Of a stretch of 64,000 nt of DNA, positions 1 through 9,455 are shown piece by piece. Position numbers and translations under genes: made by a program. The first letter of the stretch is position 1, and each line of letters begins with the position of its first letter. The DNA lies in NCBI GenBank assembly GCA_947631785.1, contig CANRMR010000003.1, positions 4,346 to 68,345 of the forward strand, read 5' to 3'. The notes below the pieces were generated by a model. The model searched no databases. It worked only from the letters and a program-made list of their open reading frames with translations, and was not told the DNA's origin. Source of the DNA: an uncultured Clostridia bacterium. GTDB taxonomy: Bacteria > Bacillota > Clostridia > TANB77 > CAG-508.

Positions 1-2366
1 TCTTCATTTAATTCATTTTTTGCTTGTGCTAAATATGATAAATAAATTTTCTCTTGTTCTTTTGTCATTTCGCTATTCATAATAGTAATTGTTTTATCTG
101 GAAGCTCTGTTAATACTTCTTTTTTTGTTCTTCGAAGTATAAATGGCTCTATTAACATTTTTAGTTTTTCCATTGCATTTTCACTATTTTCACTTACAAT
201 AGGTATTTCATATTTTTCTTTAAATTTTCTATAGCTAAACAGATATCCTGGCAAAATATAGTCAAAAATTGACCATAACTCTGCTAAAGAATTTTCTATT
301 GGAGTACCAGTTAATGCGAATTTTGTTTTAGCATTTATTTTTTTTACTGCTTTTGCATTTTGTGTATTACTGTTTTTCATATATTGTGCTTCATCTGCAA
401 GCATATACCTAAATTCAAAATTTTGCTCTTTATACAAATCAATATCTCTTTTTAATAAATCATAAGATGTAATTACTAAATCATATTTTGGTATATTTTT
501 TATTTTTTGAAGTCTTTCTTCTAATTTTCCGCTAATTACTAATACCTTTATTTTTGCTGTAAATTTTTCTACCTCGTTTTTCCAATTTAATGCAAGAGAA
601 CTTGGGGCAACCACCAAAGATGGTTTTCTTTCATCTTTTCTTACATTTTCTATATATGCAAGTACCATAGATAAAACTTGTACTGTTTTTCCAAGTCCCA
701 TATCATCTGCAAGAATTCCTCCAAACTGGTAATTATCTAACGTTTTAAGCCATTTAAAACCTATTTTTTGGTAACTTCTTAATACATTTTCTAAAGATTT
801 AGGTATTTCAATATTTTCCTCTTTTCCTTTTGACTCAATTTCTCTTGTCATCGTTTTATATTCATTGTTTGCTTGAATTTCTATATTATCAACTTGATTT
901 AAAATTCTGTTTAAATACAAACTTCTATGAATTGGAATAGAAATTTCTCCCTTTTCTAAATCTTCATATGATATATCTAGTCCTGAAATCATTTGATTTA
1001 GTGCTTTTACATCCTCGTTTTGTTCTAAATTTATAAAGCTTCCATTTTTTAGCCTATGATATCTTTTCTTTAGTTCATACTTATTCATAATTTCTTTAAC
1101 TTCTGATGCTTCAATTTTCATTTTACTAAAATCTATTTTTAATAAATTATTTTCTGTTCTTACACCAATTGTTCCAATTTTAGGTTGTCTTACTTCTTTA
1201 GTTTTAAAATTTTGTGTAACTAAAACTTCAAATTTATTGCTATATGTTTCTATACTTCTAGTTAAAAATTCATATATATTTTCCTCTTCTACAAGTATTA
1301 ACCTTTTATTTTCCCTATCTAATTTAAAACCAGTTTTAGCAAATAAATTTAATGTATTTGTTTCTGCAATTACATCTCTTGCAATTTTAACTTTATTGGT
1401 TTCATCTAATGGGTTAAATTCTACATCTTCATAACAAAATTTAACTTCCATTAAAATATGATTTTGTATGTCATAATCTAAAAAGAGTTTTACACTTAAT
1501 TTTTTGGGAATATATTTTTCTATTTTTTCATTATCTATTGAATCCAATAATATTTTATCTTTTATTTTTGGTGCGACAATTGAAAAGAAATTTTCCAAAT
1601 AATTTTCAGAAAATATAATCTCTTGTGTTAAGTTCTTTCTAAAAACTTCTAATAATTTTAAAGATGTATCTTTAAAATTACCATCAGAGCGATAAAGCTT
1701 ATTATCTTTTAGAAAGTAAATGTAATCTTTTCCTTCTATTATTTGATATCCCTCGTATACTTCAATATTAGGTTTAATACTATATTCGAATAAATTTATT
1801 TTTTTAAGTTCAAATTTTATATCTGGATTATTTGGTGTAAATAAAGTTTTAATAACTATTCCTTCTGTTTCTATTTCTACATATTTATTTTTTAATATTT
1901 CAAATAATTCATCAATTCCTTCTTTGTCTAGTACAATAAAACTACTATTTACATTTATTCCATAATATCCATATCTATTTCTAATATTCGATTTTACTGC
2001 ATCAATTATTTGTGCATATTTTAAAATAAAGTTTAAAATAGGTTTTGCCTCTTCTAAAAAGGCTTCTTCCTCATGTAAAAATTCCAATTTTAAACCATAA
2101 GAATAATATTCTTTTTTTATTATTCTATTATTAAATTCTACTATATCTTTTATTTTGTAATATTTTTTATTTGTACCTATTTTAAATTCTACTTTAAGGT
2201 TTGTTTTATATTGGTCAATTTTTATTTTTGGTATTATTGTAATTTGTCCATATTCTTTACCATATTTTTTATTTTCTATTTTTTCTGGCTTAATTATATC
2301 TTGATAAAATACATTTATTATTTCTTTAAAATTGCTATATTTAAATTCTTCATTTTTGTCTTTCAT
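1..2366 (-). CDS. SNF2-family (RapA/HepA-like) helicase, N-terminal ~788 codons; ORF runs off the window start
   Basis: Absent from the ORF track because no stop lies in the window. My minus-strand translation from ATG 2366..2364 is in frame with GILADDMGLGKTVQ (motif I, codon GGA at 719..717), LADEAQYMKN (DEAQ box) and ALTGTPIENSL. GGGAGG lies 7 nt upstream of the ATG. Confidence 0.8.
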   Translation of the reverse strand, partial: MKDKNEEFKYSNFKEIINVFYQDIIKPEKIENKKYGKEYGQITIIPKIKIDQYKTNLKVEFKIGTNKKYYKIKDIVEFNNRIIKKEYYSYGLKLEFLHEEEAFLEEAKPILNFILKYAQIIDAVKSNIRNRYGYYGINVNSSFIVLDKEGIDELFEILKNKYVEIETEGIVIKTLFTPNNPDIKFELKKINLFEYSIKPNIEVYEGYQIIEGKDYIYFLKDNKLYRSDGNFKDTSLKLLEVFRKNLTQEIIFSENYLENFFSIVAPKIKDKILLDSIDNEKIEKYIPKKLSVKLFLDYDIQNHILMEVKFCYEDVEFNPLDETNKVKIARDVIAETNTLNLFAKTGFKLDRENKRLILVEEENIYEFLTRSIETYSNKFEVLVTQNFKTKEVRQPKIGTIGVRTENNLLKIDFSKMKIEASEVKEIMNKYELKKRYHRLKNGSFINLEQNEDVKALNQMISGLDISYEDLEKGEISIPIHRSLYLNRILNQVDNIEIQANNEYKTMTREIESKGKEENIEIPKSLENVLRSYQKIGFKWLKTLDNYQFGGILADDMGLGKTVQVLSMVLAYIENVRKDERKPSLVVAPSSLALNWKNEVEKFTAKIKVLVISGKLEERLQKIKNIPKYDLVITSYDLLKRDIDLYKEQNFEFRYMLADEAQYMKNSNTQNAKAVKKINAKTKFALTGTPIENSLAELWSIFDYILPGYLFSYRKFKEKYEIPIVSENSENAMEKLKMLIEPFILRRTKKEVLTELPDKTITIMNSEMTKEQEKIYLSYLAQAKNELNE

Positions 2367-4243
2367 TTATCTACCTCCCATTCCGGCCTCCGCCACCTCC
2401 GGCCTCCGCCGCCTCCTGAGAAGCCTCCACCAGAACCTGAACCTGATGAATATGTTGATCTATATGCCGTATTATATGAACTATTAATAGCATTATTTAG
2501 GTGTGAAATTGTAGATAAGTTATATCTAGAATTTGCCATTATATTAAAATATGCATAATTTCCTACAAGTTCTCCACTTGTAATTTGTGGATAAACAATT
2601 TTTAGTTGATTTATTACTCTTTCTGAAATTCCAAATGCTGTCGCATATACTAAATATTTTTCCCAAAGTACAAGTTCTGGTACTTCCCTTTCTTTTAAAA
2701 GAGAAAAATCTAGCATATATCTTTTTAATCCATTCCATAATTCTTTTTCATTTATTCCTTTTTGTGTAAAACCTGTATATCTAGATGACAATATTCCTGA
2801 TAAAATTGCATTTATTATAAGTATACATACAAGTATAATACCAATTGGCTTAAAAAACATTACAGATGCAAAAGCTGAAGCTATTGCAATTATAATATAT
2901 AAAACAGATAGTCCAATATAGTTTGATCCTATATTTGCATCTTCTTTATTATAGTTTTCCCTTTTTATTTCTTCTTTTCCTGCTAGCATGCTTACTTTAT
3001 CTATGTTTTTTACGAATTTTTTGCTATTGTCTTTAATATATTTTTGTAATCCTTTAATTGTAAAGCTTCCTTCATTAGATACCTTCTTTAATTCGTCATA
3101 AATTATTTTTTCACTTTCTGGTAGATCGTTAGTTTCATTATCATTTAATGTTATTCTTATATCTTCTTTTTCTGTATTTTCTGCTTCTATATTTAATGAT
3201 AATTTCTTTTTTAAACATAAATCTAAAATACTAGCAGAAAGAATTCTTGAAATGTTTTGGTTTATTCCTCCGAAAAGTAAAAATGAAGCATCTGCAGGTG
3301 TTGCAGTTTCATCTGGTATTTCTCTGTAATAATCAACTTTATTTTCTGGAACTTTTTTCTTTACTGTTTTTATTTTTTTAATATATTTTATTGTTCTTGT
3401 AAAAAACCATATTGAAACAATAATTATTATTATATTAATAAGCACTTCTATTATTTTAGCCATTTGCCTTTTGCCATTTGCTTCATTTGCCCATTTGGTT
3501 TCTTCACTTATAATTTTATCAAGCATGCTAGATGAAATTACATTTGTACTTTGAGGAAAAATATTTCCTTTTGCTGCAACCCTTACTTCTAACATTGTTT
3601 CAGCGCTTAACTTTTCTACTTCAAATGTAACTTTATTATTTGATGCAACTTGTATAATTCCATTTAATGGTCCATGTGCCCAAACTTTTAAATCTTCTTT
3701 ATTTTCTACATTACTTGGAAGTGTTATTGTTCCTATAACTTTATTTACTGGTATTGCATTTTGTGTATCTAAAAATTTCCAATAAAGCTCACTACAGTCT
3801 GAATATACTTTTACAGCATCTAGTACAGTATACTTAATTTTATATGTTGCATTTTTAGTTCCATCTATAGATACTCCCCATGCAATTTCATACATTCCAG
3901 AACTGTTTTTTAATGCATAAAAACAGTTCTTTGTAACATGGTACATTTCTTTATCTATTTTGTTAAATTTTGTTATTTCATCATTGTCCTTTATTTCTTC
4001 TACACTTACATTTGTAATTCCCTTATATTTTGATGGATTAATTTCAAATGTTTTAAATAGTGTATTTGTATCTGTTACTTTTATATTCCATGTTTCTACC
4101 ACATCCATGCTACCATCTTCATTTAAATTTACTTCATAATTTAATTGATTCATTTTTTGACTTCCTGCATATGACGGTTTAATAAATAAAAGTAAAAACA
4201 TTGCAAAAAATAATATAATAAATAGATATTTTTTCTTTTCCAT
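2363..4243 (-). CDS. DUF2207-like membrane protein with Gly-rich C-terminal tail
   Basis: Signal-peptide-like N-terminus (MEKKKYLFIILFFAMFLLLFIKPSYA), an extracellular beta-rich domain (YKIKYTVLDAVKVYSDCSELYWKF), central TM helices and a SGSGSGGGFSGGGGG tail. The TGA stop overlaps the ATG of the SNF2 gene (ATGA). Confidence 0.65.
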   Translation of the reverse strand: MEKKKYLFIILFFAMFLLLFIKPSYAGSQKMNQLNYEVNLNEDGSMDVVETWNIKVTDTNTLFKTFEINPSKYKGITNVSVEEIKDNDEITKFNKIDKEMYHVTKNCFYALKNSSGMYEIAWGVSIDGTKNATYKIKYTVLDAVKVYSDCSELYWKFLDTQNAIPVNKVIGTITLPSNVENKEDLKVWAHGPLNGIIQVASNNKVTFEVEKLSAETMLEVRVAAKGNIFPQSTNVISSSMLDKIISEETKWANEANGKRQMAKIIEVLINIIIIIVSIWFFTRTIKYIKKIKTVKKKVPENKVDYYREIPDETATPADASFLLFGGINQNISRILSASILDLCLKKKLSLNIEAENTEKEDIRITLNDNETNDLPESEKIIYDELKKVSNEGSFTIKGLQKYIKDNSKKFVKNIDKVSMLAGKEEIKRENYNKEDANIGSNYIGLSVLYIIIAIASAFASVMFFKPIGIILVCILIINAILSGILSSRYTGFTQKGINEKELWNGLKRYMLDFSLLKEREVPELVLWEKYLVYATAFGISERVINQLKIVYPQITSGELVGNYAYFNIMANSRYNLSTISHLNNAINSSYNTAYRSTYSSGSGSGGGFSGGGGGRRWRRPEWEVDK

Positions 4244-4324
4244 AACATCCTCCTTATTCTATCTATTTTATTATATTTATGAGCTAAAATCAATACATTT
4301 TTTAATTTTATCATGTATAATTTT

Positions 4325-4353
4325 AGCAGATGATTTTTAAGTAATCATCTGCT
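4325..4353 (-). terminator. Hairpin 3' of the LamG gene (weak terminator candidate)
   Basis: 11-bp stem AGCAGATGATT/AATCATCTGCT about 20 nt after the stop at 4372. The U-tract on the minus strand is poor. Confidence 0.3.
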
Positions 4354-4371
4354 TTATATATTTATATATTT

Positions 4372-5622
4372 TTATTCTTTCTCCGTATTTAAAATTTTTT
4401 CTCTATATTTTAATGTTTGGTCATAATTTTGTTTTACTTGTTCATTTGTTAGTGATTTTGTGTATAGTCTTGTTGTGTATACTAGACCTTTTAAATAGTA
4501 TAAATTACCTGCATAACTAAGAGGGCATGTTCCTATAAAAAATGGGGCATCAGAATTATTCCATTTTTCACATGATAATTGATAACTATCACTTCCATAA
4601 TATGTGTATCCATATTCTGTTCCATTTATATATAATGTCAATTTATCTACTTTTTTATTATCTATTGTTTCAGCTTCAACCTCATATACTATTGTTAGAT
4701 ATACATCTGTATTTAACTGTATTATATCTTCTATTACTTCATCTGCTATTACACCTCCATAACTTATTGTTGATAATTTTTTTCCTGTTCCTACATATGA
4801 ACTGCTTGAATATAATTTTGCTATTGCTTTATCAATACCAAAATAAAATCTCATACTGTCCGTCATATTATTTTGTTTCAAATCATGCATTTTACAAAAT
4901 AATCCTGTGGACATATCATTATTTCCATTATTGTTATCATATCTTAATCTGTCTAAATTCATATATATTTCAAATGTAAATCCTTTACTAAAATCTGCAT
5001 CTTCTTTTTTTAGTTCTAAATAGTCTCCATCTCCATCAAATTTTAATGCCATTTTTTCTTCATTATATGTAACATCACCTCGTTTTGTTATCCCATCCCA
5101 ATTTCCATTTTTTAGGTTCGATGCATCTATGTTTAATGGTAAATTATCTGTTACTGCTACACTATCTTTATAATCTAATTTGTCATATTTTCCTTCTTCT
5201 AATTGTACTATTTCCTTTGTTTTATAATTTACTACCCAATTGTATTTTATTTCTCCATAATCTTCTGTTTTAGTTCCTTTTGCTATATAATTCCAGTTTG
5301 TTCCATATTCCTTTTTATCTGTAAATACCATATTCCAATTTTCACCATTGTATAAATTTTGAGTTGTTAGTTCTTCTCCTAATTTTTTAATACTATTATC
5401 ATTTGTTGTTTCATGCATTTGGTATAATAAAATATTTTGTTCTAGGTATTCTCTTTCACTTGCAATGGTATATTTATCTACTGCTTCTTTGCTTTTTTGA
5501 AATATTCCATTTTGTCCTAGTGCTAGGTTTAAGGATACGCCTGCTAGGATGATTAAGATTATTACGGTGATTATTAATGCAACTAATGTTATTGCTGCTG
5601 GTTCTTGGGCACGGTACCCCAT
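4372..5622 (-). CDS. Pilin/pseudopilin-like N-terminal helix + LamG (concanavalin-A-like lectin) domain protein
   Basis: The N-terminal AITLVALIITVIILIILAGVSL resembles a prepilin-type hydrophobic segment. The C-terminal half (LKFDGDGDYLEL, LTLYINGTEYGYT, RLYTKSLTNEQVKQNY) looks like a LamG fold. The only available ATG lies inside a REP hairpin and has no good SD. Confidence 0.55.
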   Translation of the reverse strand: MGYRAQEPAAITLVALIITVIILIILAGVSLNLALGQNGIFQKSKEAVDKYTIASEREYLEQNILLYQMHETTNDNSIKKLGEELTTQNLYNGENWNMVFTDKKEYGTNWNYIAKGTKTEDYGEIKYNWVVNYKTKEIVQLEEGKYDKLDYKDSVAVTDNLPLNIDASNLKNGNWDGITKRGDVTYNEEKMALKFDGDGDYLELKKEDADFSKGFTFEIYMNLDRLRYDNNNGNNDMSTGLFCKMHDLKQNNMTDSMRFYFGIDKAIAKLYSSSSYVGTGKKLSTISYGGVIADEVIEDIIQLNTDVYLTIVYEVEAETIDNKKVDKLTLYINGTEYGYTYYGSDSYQLSCEKWNNSDAPFFIGTCPLSYAGNLYYLKGLVYTTRLYTKSLTNEQVKQNYDQTLKYREKILNTEKE

Positions 5623-5630
5623 GCCCCTAC
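5607..5630 (-). repeat. REP-like GC-rich hairpin (stem class CACGG/CCGTG, one mismatch)
   Basis: Plus strand GGGCACGG-TACC-CCATGCCC-CTAC. Minus strand GTAGGGGCATGGGGTACCGTGCCC. It contains the LamG-gene ATG. Confidence 0.75.
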
Positions 5631-5659
5631 GATTATTTGGGTTTGTCTTTGTAGCATTT

Positions 5660-5686
5660 GGGCAGACAGGGGCGTCTGCCCCTACA
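5660..5686 (-). repeat. REP-like hairpin (stem CAGAC/GTCTG)
   Basis: GGGCAGAC-AGGGGC-GTCTGCCC-CTACA on the plus strand, which is TGTAGGGGCAGAC...GTCTGCCC on the minus strand. Confidence 0.8.
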
Positions 5687-5713
5687 CCTATATTGTATTC
5701 CGTTGTAGAATTT

Positions 5714-5740
5714 GGGCGGACAGAGGCGTCCGCCCCTACG
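5714..5740 (-). repeat. REP-like hairpin (stem CGGAC/GTCCG)
   Basis: GGGCGGAC-AGAGGC-GTCCGCCC-CTACG. It is the second member of a doublet with 5660..5686. Confidence 0.8.
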
Positions 5741-5762
5741 GTTTTATTTTCTTTTAAAAGAT

Positions 5763-5793
<31 letters not shown>

Positions 5794-5959
5794 AGAGCGG
5801 CAAGGTTTTCATGTTTCATTTGTTTTCCTTCTTTCTTTTCTTATTTTTTATTTATTTTATATCATAACAAATTTTATTTTGCAATATTGGGAGAGAAATT
5901 TTATTTTGAATTTTCTATCAGTTTTATTTTGATATTTATTAGGATATGTCTCTGTAGAT

Positions 5960-5986
5960 GGGCAGACAGGGGCGTCTGCCCCTACA
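5960..5986 (-). repeat. REP-like hairpin (stem CAGAC/GTCTG)
   Basis: The core is identical to 5660..5686 (GGGCAGACAGGGGCGTCTGCCCCTACA). Confidence 0.8.
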
Positions 5987-6011
5987 ATTATTGTATTCCT
6001 TTATGGTTTTT

Positions 6012-6036
6012 GGGCAGGTCAAGACCTGCCCCTACA
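6012..6036 (-). repeat. REP-like hairpin (stem CAGGTC/GACCTG)
   Basis: GGGCAGGTC-AA-GACCTGCCC-CTACA. It is the second member of the doublet with 5960..5986. Confidence 0.8.
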
Positions 6037-6062
6037 TTTGAATTTTTATTTATGAATTATAC

Positions 6063-8724
6063 TTAATAATTATTTTGAAATTTTCTTGTTTTGTATATTG
6101 TTTTTCCAAATTTTATTTCGTTTAGTTTCTTTTGCACTTCTATTATAAATATTGGTGATATTGATATTAGTATTGTGTATATCCATGCTTTTGCATTTAA
6201 TGTACTTAGCATAAATATTTTTGCAATTTGTGGAATTAGTACTACTCCTATTTGCAAAATTGTACCTAATATAAATGCTCCTATTAGGTATTTGTTATTT
6301 TTTATTCCTACTTTAAATATTGATTCTTCACTTTTAATATTAAAGCTGTGTACAAGTTCTAACATTCCAAGTGTTACAAATGCCATTGTTCTTCCTACTT
6401 CTAATGAATATAAATTATTTCCTATGCTAAATGCAAGAAGTGTAAGCATTCCTATCATTGTTCCTTCTATTATTATTTTTCCCCATAGTCCATCTGCAAA
6501 TATTCCTTTGTTTGCTTTTCTAGGTTTTTTATGCATAATGTCTTTTTCTGGTGGTTCTAGTCCTAATGCTATTGCTGGAATTGAGTCTGTAACTAAATTA
6601 ATCCAAAGTAGTTGTATTGCAAGAAGTGGAGTTTCTAAACCTAAAAGTAAGCCTATAAAAATTGTTACTATTTCTCCTACATTTGTTGCAATTAAAAAAT
6701 GTATTGCTTTTTTTATATTATCAAAAATATTTCTTCCTTGTTTTACCGCTTCTACAATTGTTACAAAATTATCATCTGTAAGTATCATATCTGCAGCGTT
6801 TTTTGCTACGTCTGTTCCTTTTTTACCCATAGCAATTCCAATATCTGCATTTTTTAGTGCTGGTGCATCATTTACTCCATCTCCTGTCATTGATGTAATA
6901 GCACCTGTGCTTCTAAATGCTTTTACAATTCTTACTTTATGATTTGGAGAAACTCTTGCAAATACACTGTATTTCATTATATTTTTTTCTAAATCACTTT
7001 GTGATATTTTATCTAATTCTGCTCCAGTAATACATAAATCGTTTTTTTGTAAAATTCCTAAATTACTTGCTATTGCTCTTGCTGTAACTATATTATCACC
7101 AGTTATCATAACTGTTTTTATTCCTGCTTGCTTGCAAACTGATATTGCCTCTTTTACACCTTCTTTTGGTGGATCCATCATTCCAATTAAACCTACAAAA
7201 ATTAAGTTTTGTTCTACTGTTTCAGATTTTATGTTTGTAGGTAAATCTTTTACATCTAAATATGCAACACCAATTATTCTTAATGCTTTTTGTGCCATAC
7301 CATCATTTTTATTTACGATTCTTTCTTTATCATCTTTGTTGCATAAATAAATATCTCCATTTTCAAGATATTTACTACATCTTTTTATTAGCTCATCTGG
7401 TGCACCTTTTGTAATTATTCTGTATCCCCCTTCTATTTTGTGTATTGTCGTCATTAATTTTCTATTAGAATCAAATGGAATTTCATCTATTCTTTCTTCT
7501 TTTTCATAAATTTCATCTTTATTTATATTTTTGTTTAATGCTTCTTGAACAATTGCAATTTCTGTTGGGTCTCCTGTAATTTTTAGCTTTCCTTTTTCCT
7601 TTTCTATGTAACAATTTGTACACATACTACCTAATTTTAAAATAAAATCAAAGTCTGCAGTTCCAAATGGAGTTGTAATTTGCATTACTTGCATTTCATT
7701 TTTAGTTAGTGTTCCAGTTTTGTCTGAACAAATTACGCTACTACTTCCAAGTGTTTCTACAGCTGGCAATTTTCTAATTATAGCATTTTTCTTTGCCATT
7801 TTTGTAACCCCAATAGATAACATTATTGTAACAATTGCTGGTAAACCCTCTGGTATTGCTGCAACAGCTAATCCAATTGATGTCATAAACATTTCTACTA
7901 TTGGTATTTTTTTGAAAATTCCAATTAAAAAAATAGCAATACATATAATTAAACATACAACACCTAATGTTTTTCCTACTTGCTCTAGTTTCTTTTGAAT
8001 AGGAGTTTGTGGTGATTCTTCTTCTATTATTAATTTTGCAATATTACCTACTTTTGTATTCATCCCAGTTTCTGTTACAATACCTGTTGCATGTCCGATT
8101 TGTTACTATTGTTGTCGCAAATGCCATATTTGTCATATCTGCAATTTGAGCATCTTCTTTTAAAATGCTGTCTGCATCTTTATTTACTGGAAGTGTTTCA
8201 CCAGTTAATGTAGATTCTTCTATTTGTAAATGATTCATTTCAATTAATCTACAATCTGCTGGTACAAAACATCCTGCTTCTAAAATTACAATATCTCCTG
8301 GCACTACATCTTCTGATTTTATACTTATAATTTTTCCATTTCTTTTTACTGTTGCTCTTGGTGCTGACATATTTTTTAGGGCTTCTAACGATTTTTCTGC
8401 TTTGTTTTCTTGAATAAGTCCCATTATTGCATTTAAAACAACAATTGCAATTATTATAATGGAATCTAAATAATCCCCTGTTCCTTCTATTTTTGCAACT
8501 ACTGCAGATATAATAGATGCTATCATTAAAATGATAATCATAAAATCATTAAATTGTTTAAAAAATTTAATTAAAATACTATCTTTTTTCTTTTCTTCTA
8601 GTTTGTTTTTACCATATTTTTCTTTTCTTTTTTTTACCTCATTTTCATTTAAACCTATTTGTATATTGGTTCCCATTTTTTTGCACACTTGCATCTTGTC
8701 CATTGTATGCCACATAAATATCAC
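6063..8724 (-). pseudogene. P-type cation-transporting ATPase (Ca2+/P2-like), split by one frameshift
   Basis: ORF 8044..8724 carries the TGE motif (TLTGETLPV). ORF 6063..8063 carries CSDKTGTLT and TGDGVNDAPALK. Removing one A from the AAA at 8099..8101 joins the frames to give ...TTIVT-IGHATGIVTETGMNTKVG... Confidence 0.8.
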
Positions 8725-8771
8725 TCCTTTGTGTTTTATTAATATTTATGCTTAAGTTTTGAAATTTATGC

Positions 8772-8812
8772 AAAAAAATAAGAATCTCTAAATAAAATAT
8801 AAAGAGATTCTT
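8772..8812 (-). terminator. Rho-independent terminator after minC (bidirectional shape)
   Basis: 10-bp stem AAGAATCTCT/AGAGATTCTT flanked by an A-run on one side and a T-run on the other. Confidence 0.6.
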
Positions 8813-8821
8813 GTTTTTATT

Positions 8822-9424
8822 CTATTCTAAAATAATTTGTTCTTCTTCTATGTAAGCATATTTTTTTGGTTCTTCTTCTTTTTCCATTTCTTTTACTATA
8901 TTTGCTATTCTAATTTGAGGTGCCTCTATTTTTTCTGATGCAATTATTGCTTTTTTATTTCCTTTTGCTCCTGCATGTGCAAGTCCTCTTAAATTGCCTA
9001 AAACAATTATATTATCTCCTGCCATTACTTCTGATCCTGCATTTACATCCCCTAGAATAACTAAGCTTCCTTCAAATTCTATCTTTTGCCCTGAACGAAG
9101 AGAGCCTTTATAAAATTTTGTCTCTGAAATTTCTATTTCACGATTAAATACTTTTTTTATACTATATAATCCTAAATCCTTTGGTGTATCAAATTTTATT
9201 TCTACATCTATTTCCTGCTTTATAATAGATTTTATTTCCTCTATTTCTTTGCTTTTTAATACTTTTCCTGTTACAAGTATTGGTGTCTTTTCTTCTTTAT
9301 ATAAAATTTTTAATTCAAGCATTTTCTTTTTTAACTCTTCTAATATTTCTTCTTGTGATACCTCTTCTGCTATTGTAATTATAATTTCTTCTTTGGTTAG
9401 TTTAATACTAATACAATTTTTCAT
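8822..9424 (-). CDS. minC: Septum site-determining protein MinC
   Basis: C-terminal beta-helix repeat GSLVILGDVNAGSEVMAGDNIIVLGNLRGLAHAG. It follows mreBCD-mrdA. Confidence 0.8.
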   Translation of the reverse strand: MKNCISIKLTKEEIIITIAEEVSQEEILEELKKKMLELKILYKEEKTPILVTGKVLKSKEIEEIKSIIKQEIDVEIKFDTPKDLGLYSIKKVFNREIEISETKFYKGSLRSGQKIEFEGSLVILGDVNAGSEVMAGDNIIVLGNLRGLAHAGAKGNKKAIIASEKIEAPQIRIANIVKEMEKEEEPKKYAYIEEEQIILE

Positions 9425-9455
9425 TTTTTCATCCTTCCTTAAGAAATTTATAATT

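Noticed and set aside
2211-2558. Plus-strand ORF with a PPPPPEKPPPEPEP stretch, and the GC-rich 16-mer direct repeat at about 2385..2416 as a possible REP.
   Set aside because: It is the antisense of the Gly-rich C-terminal tail of the DUF2207 protein. The GC-rich repeat is coding (GGGGS-like) and lacks the GTAGGGGC/GCCC clamp.
6091-6942. Long plus-strand ORFs antisense to conserved minus-strand genes, for example 6091..6942, 51272..51826, 52523..52963, 61021..61488, 23089..23610 and 28617..29015.
   Set aside because: They are shadow ORFs opposite well-supported genes in AT-rich DNA. Their translations are low-complexity (F/I/L/S-rich), with no RBS or recognisable motifs.
8044-8103. Programmed ribosomal frameshifting to explain the split ATPase and rsmH genes.
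   Set aside because: Neither site has a slippery heptamer or a downstream stimulatory structure. A simple indel, real or from sequencing, is more parsimonious. Only the RAYT A9 run is a credible slippage site.
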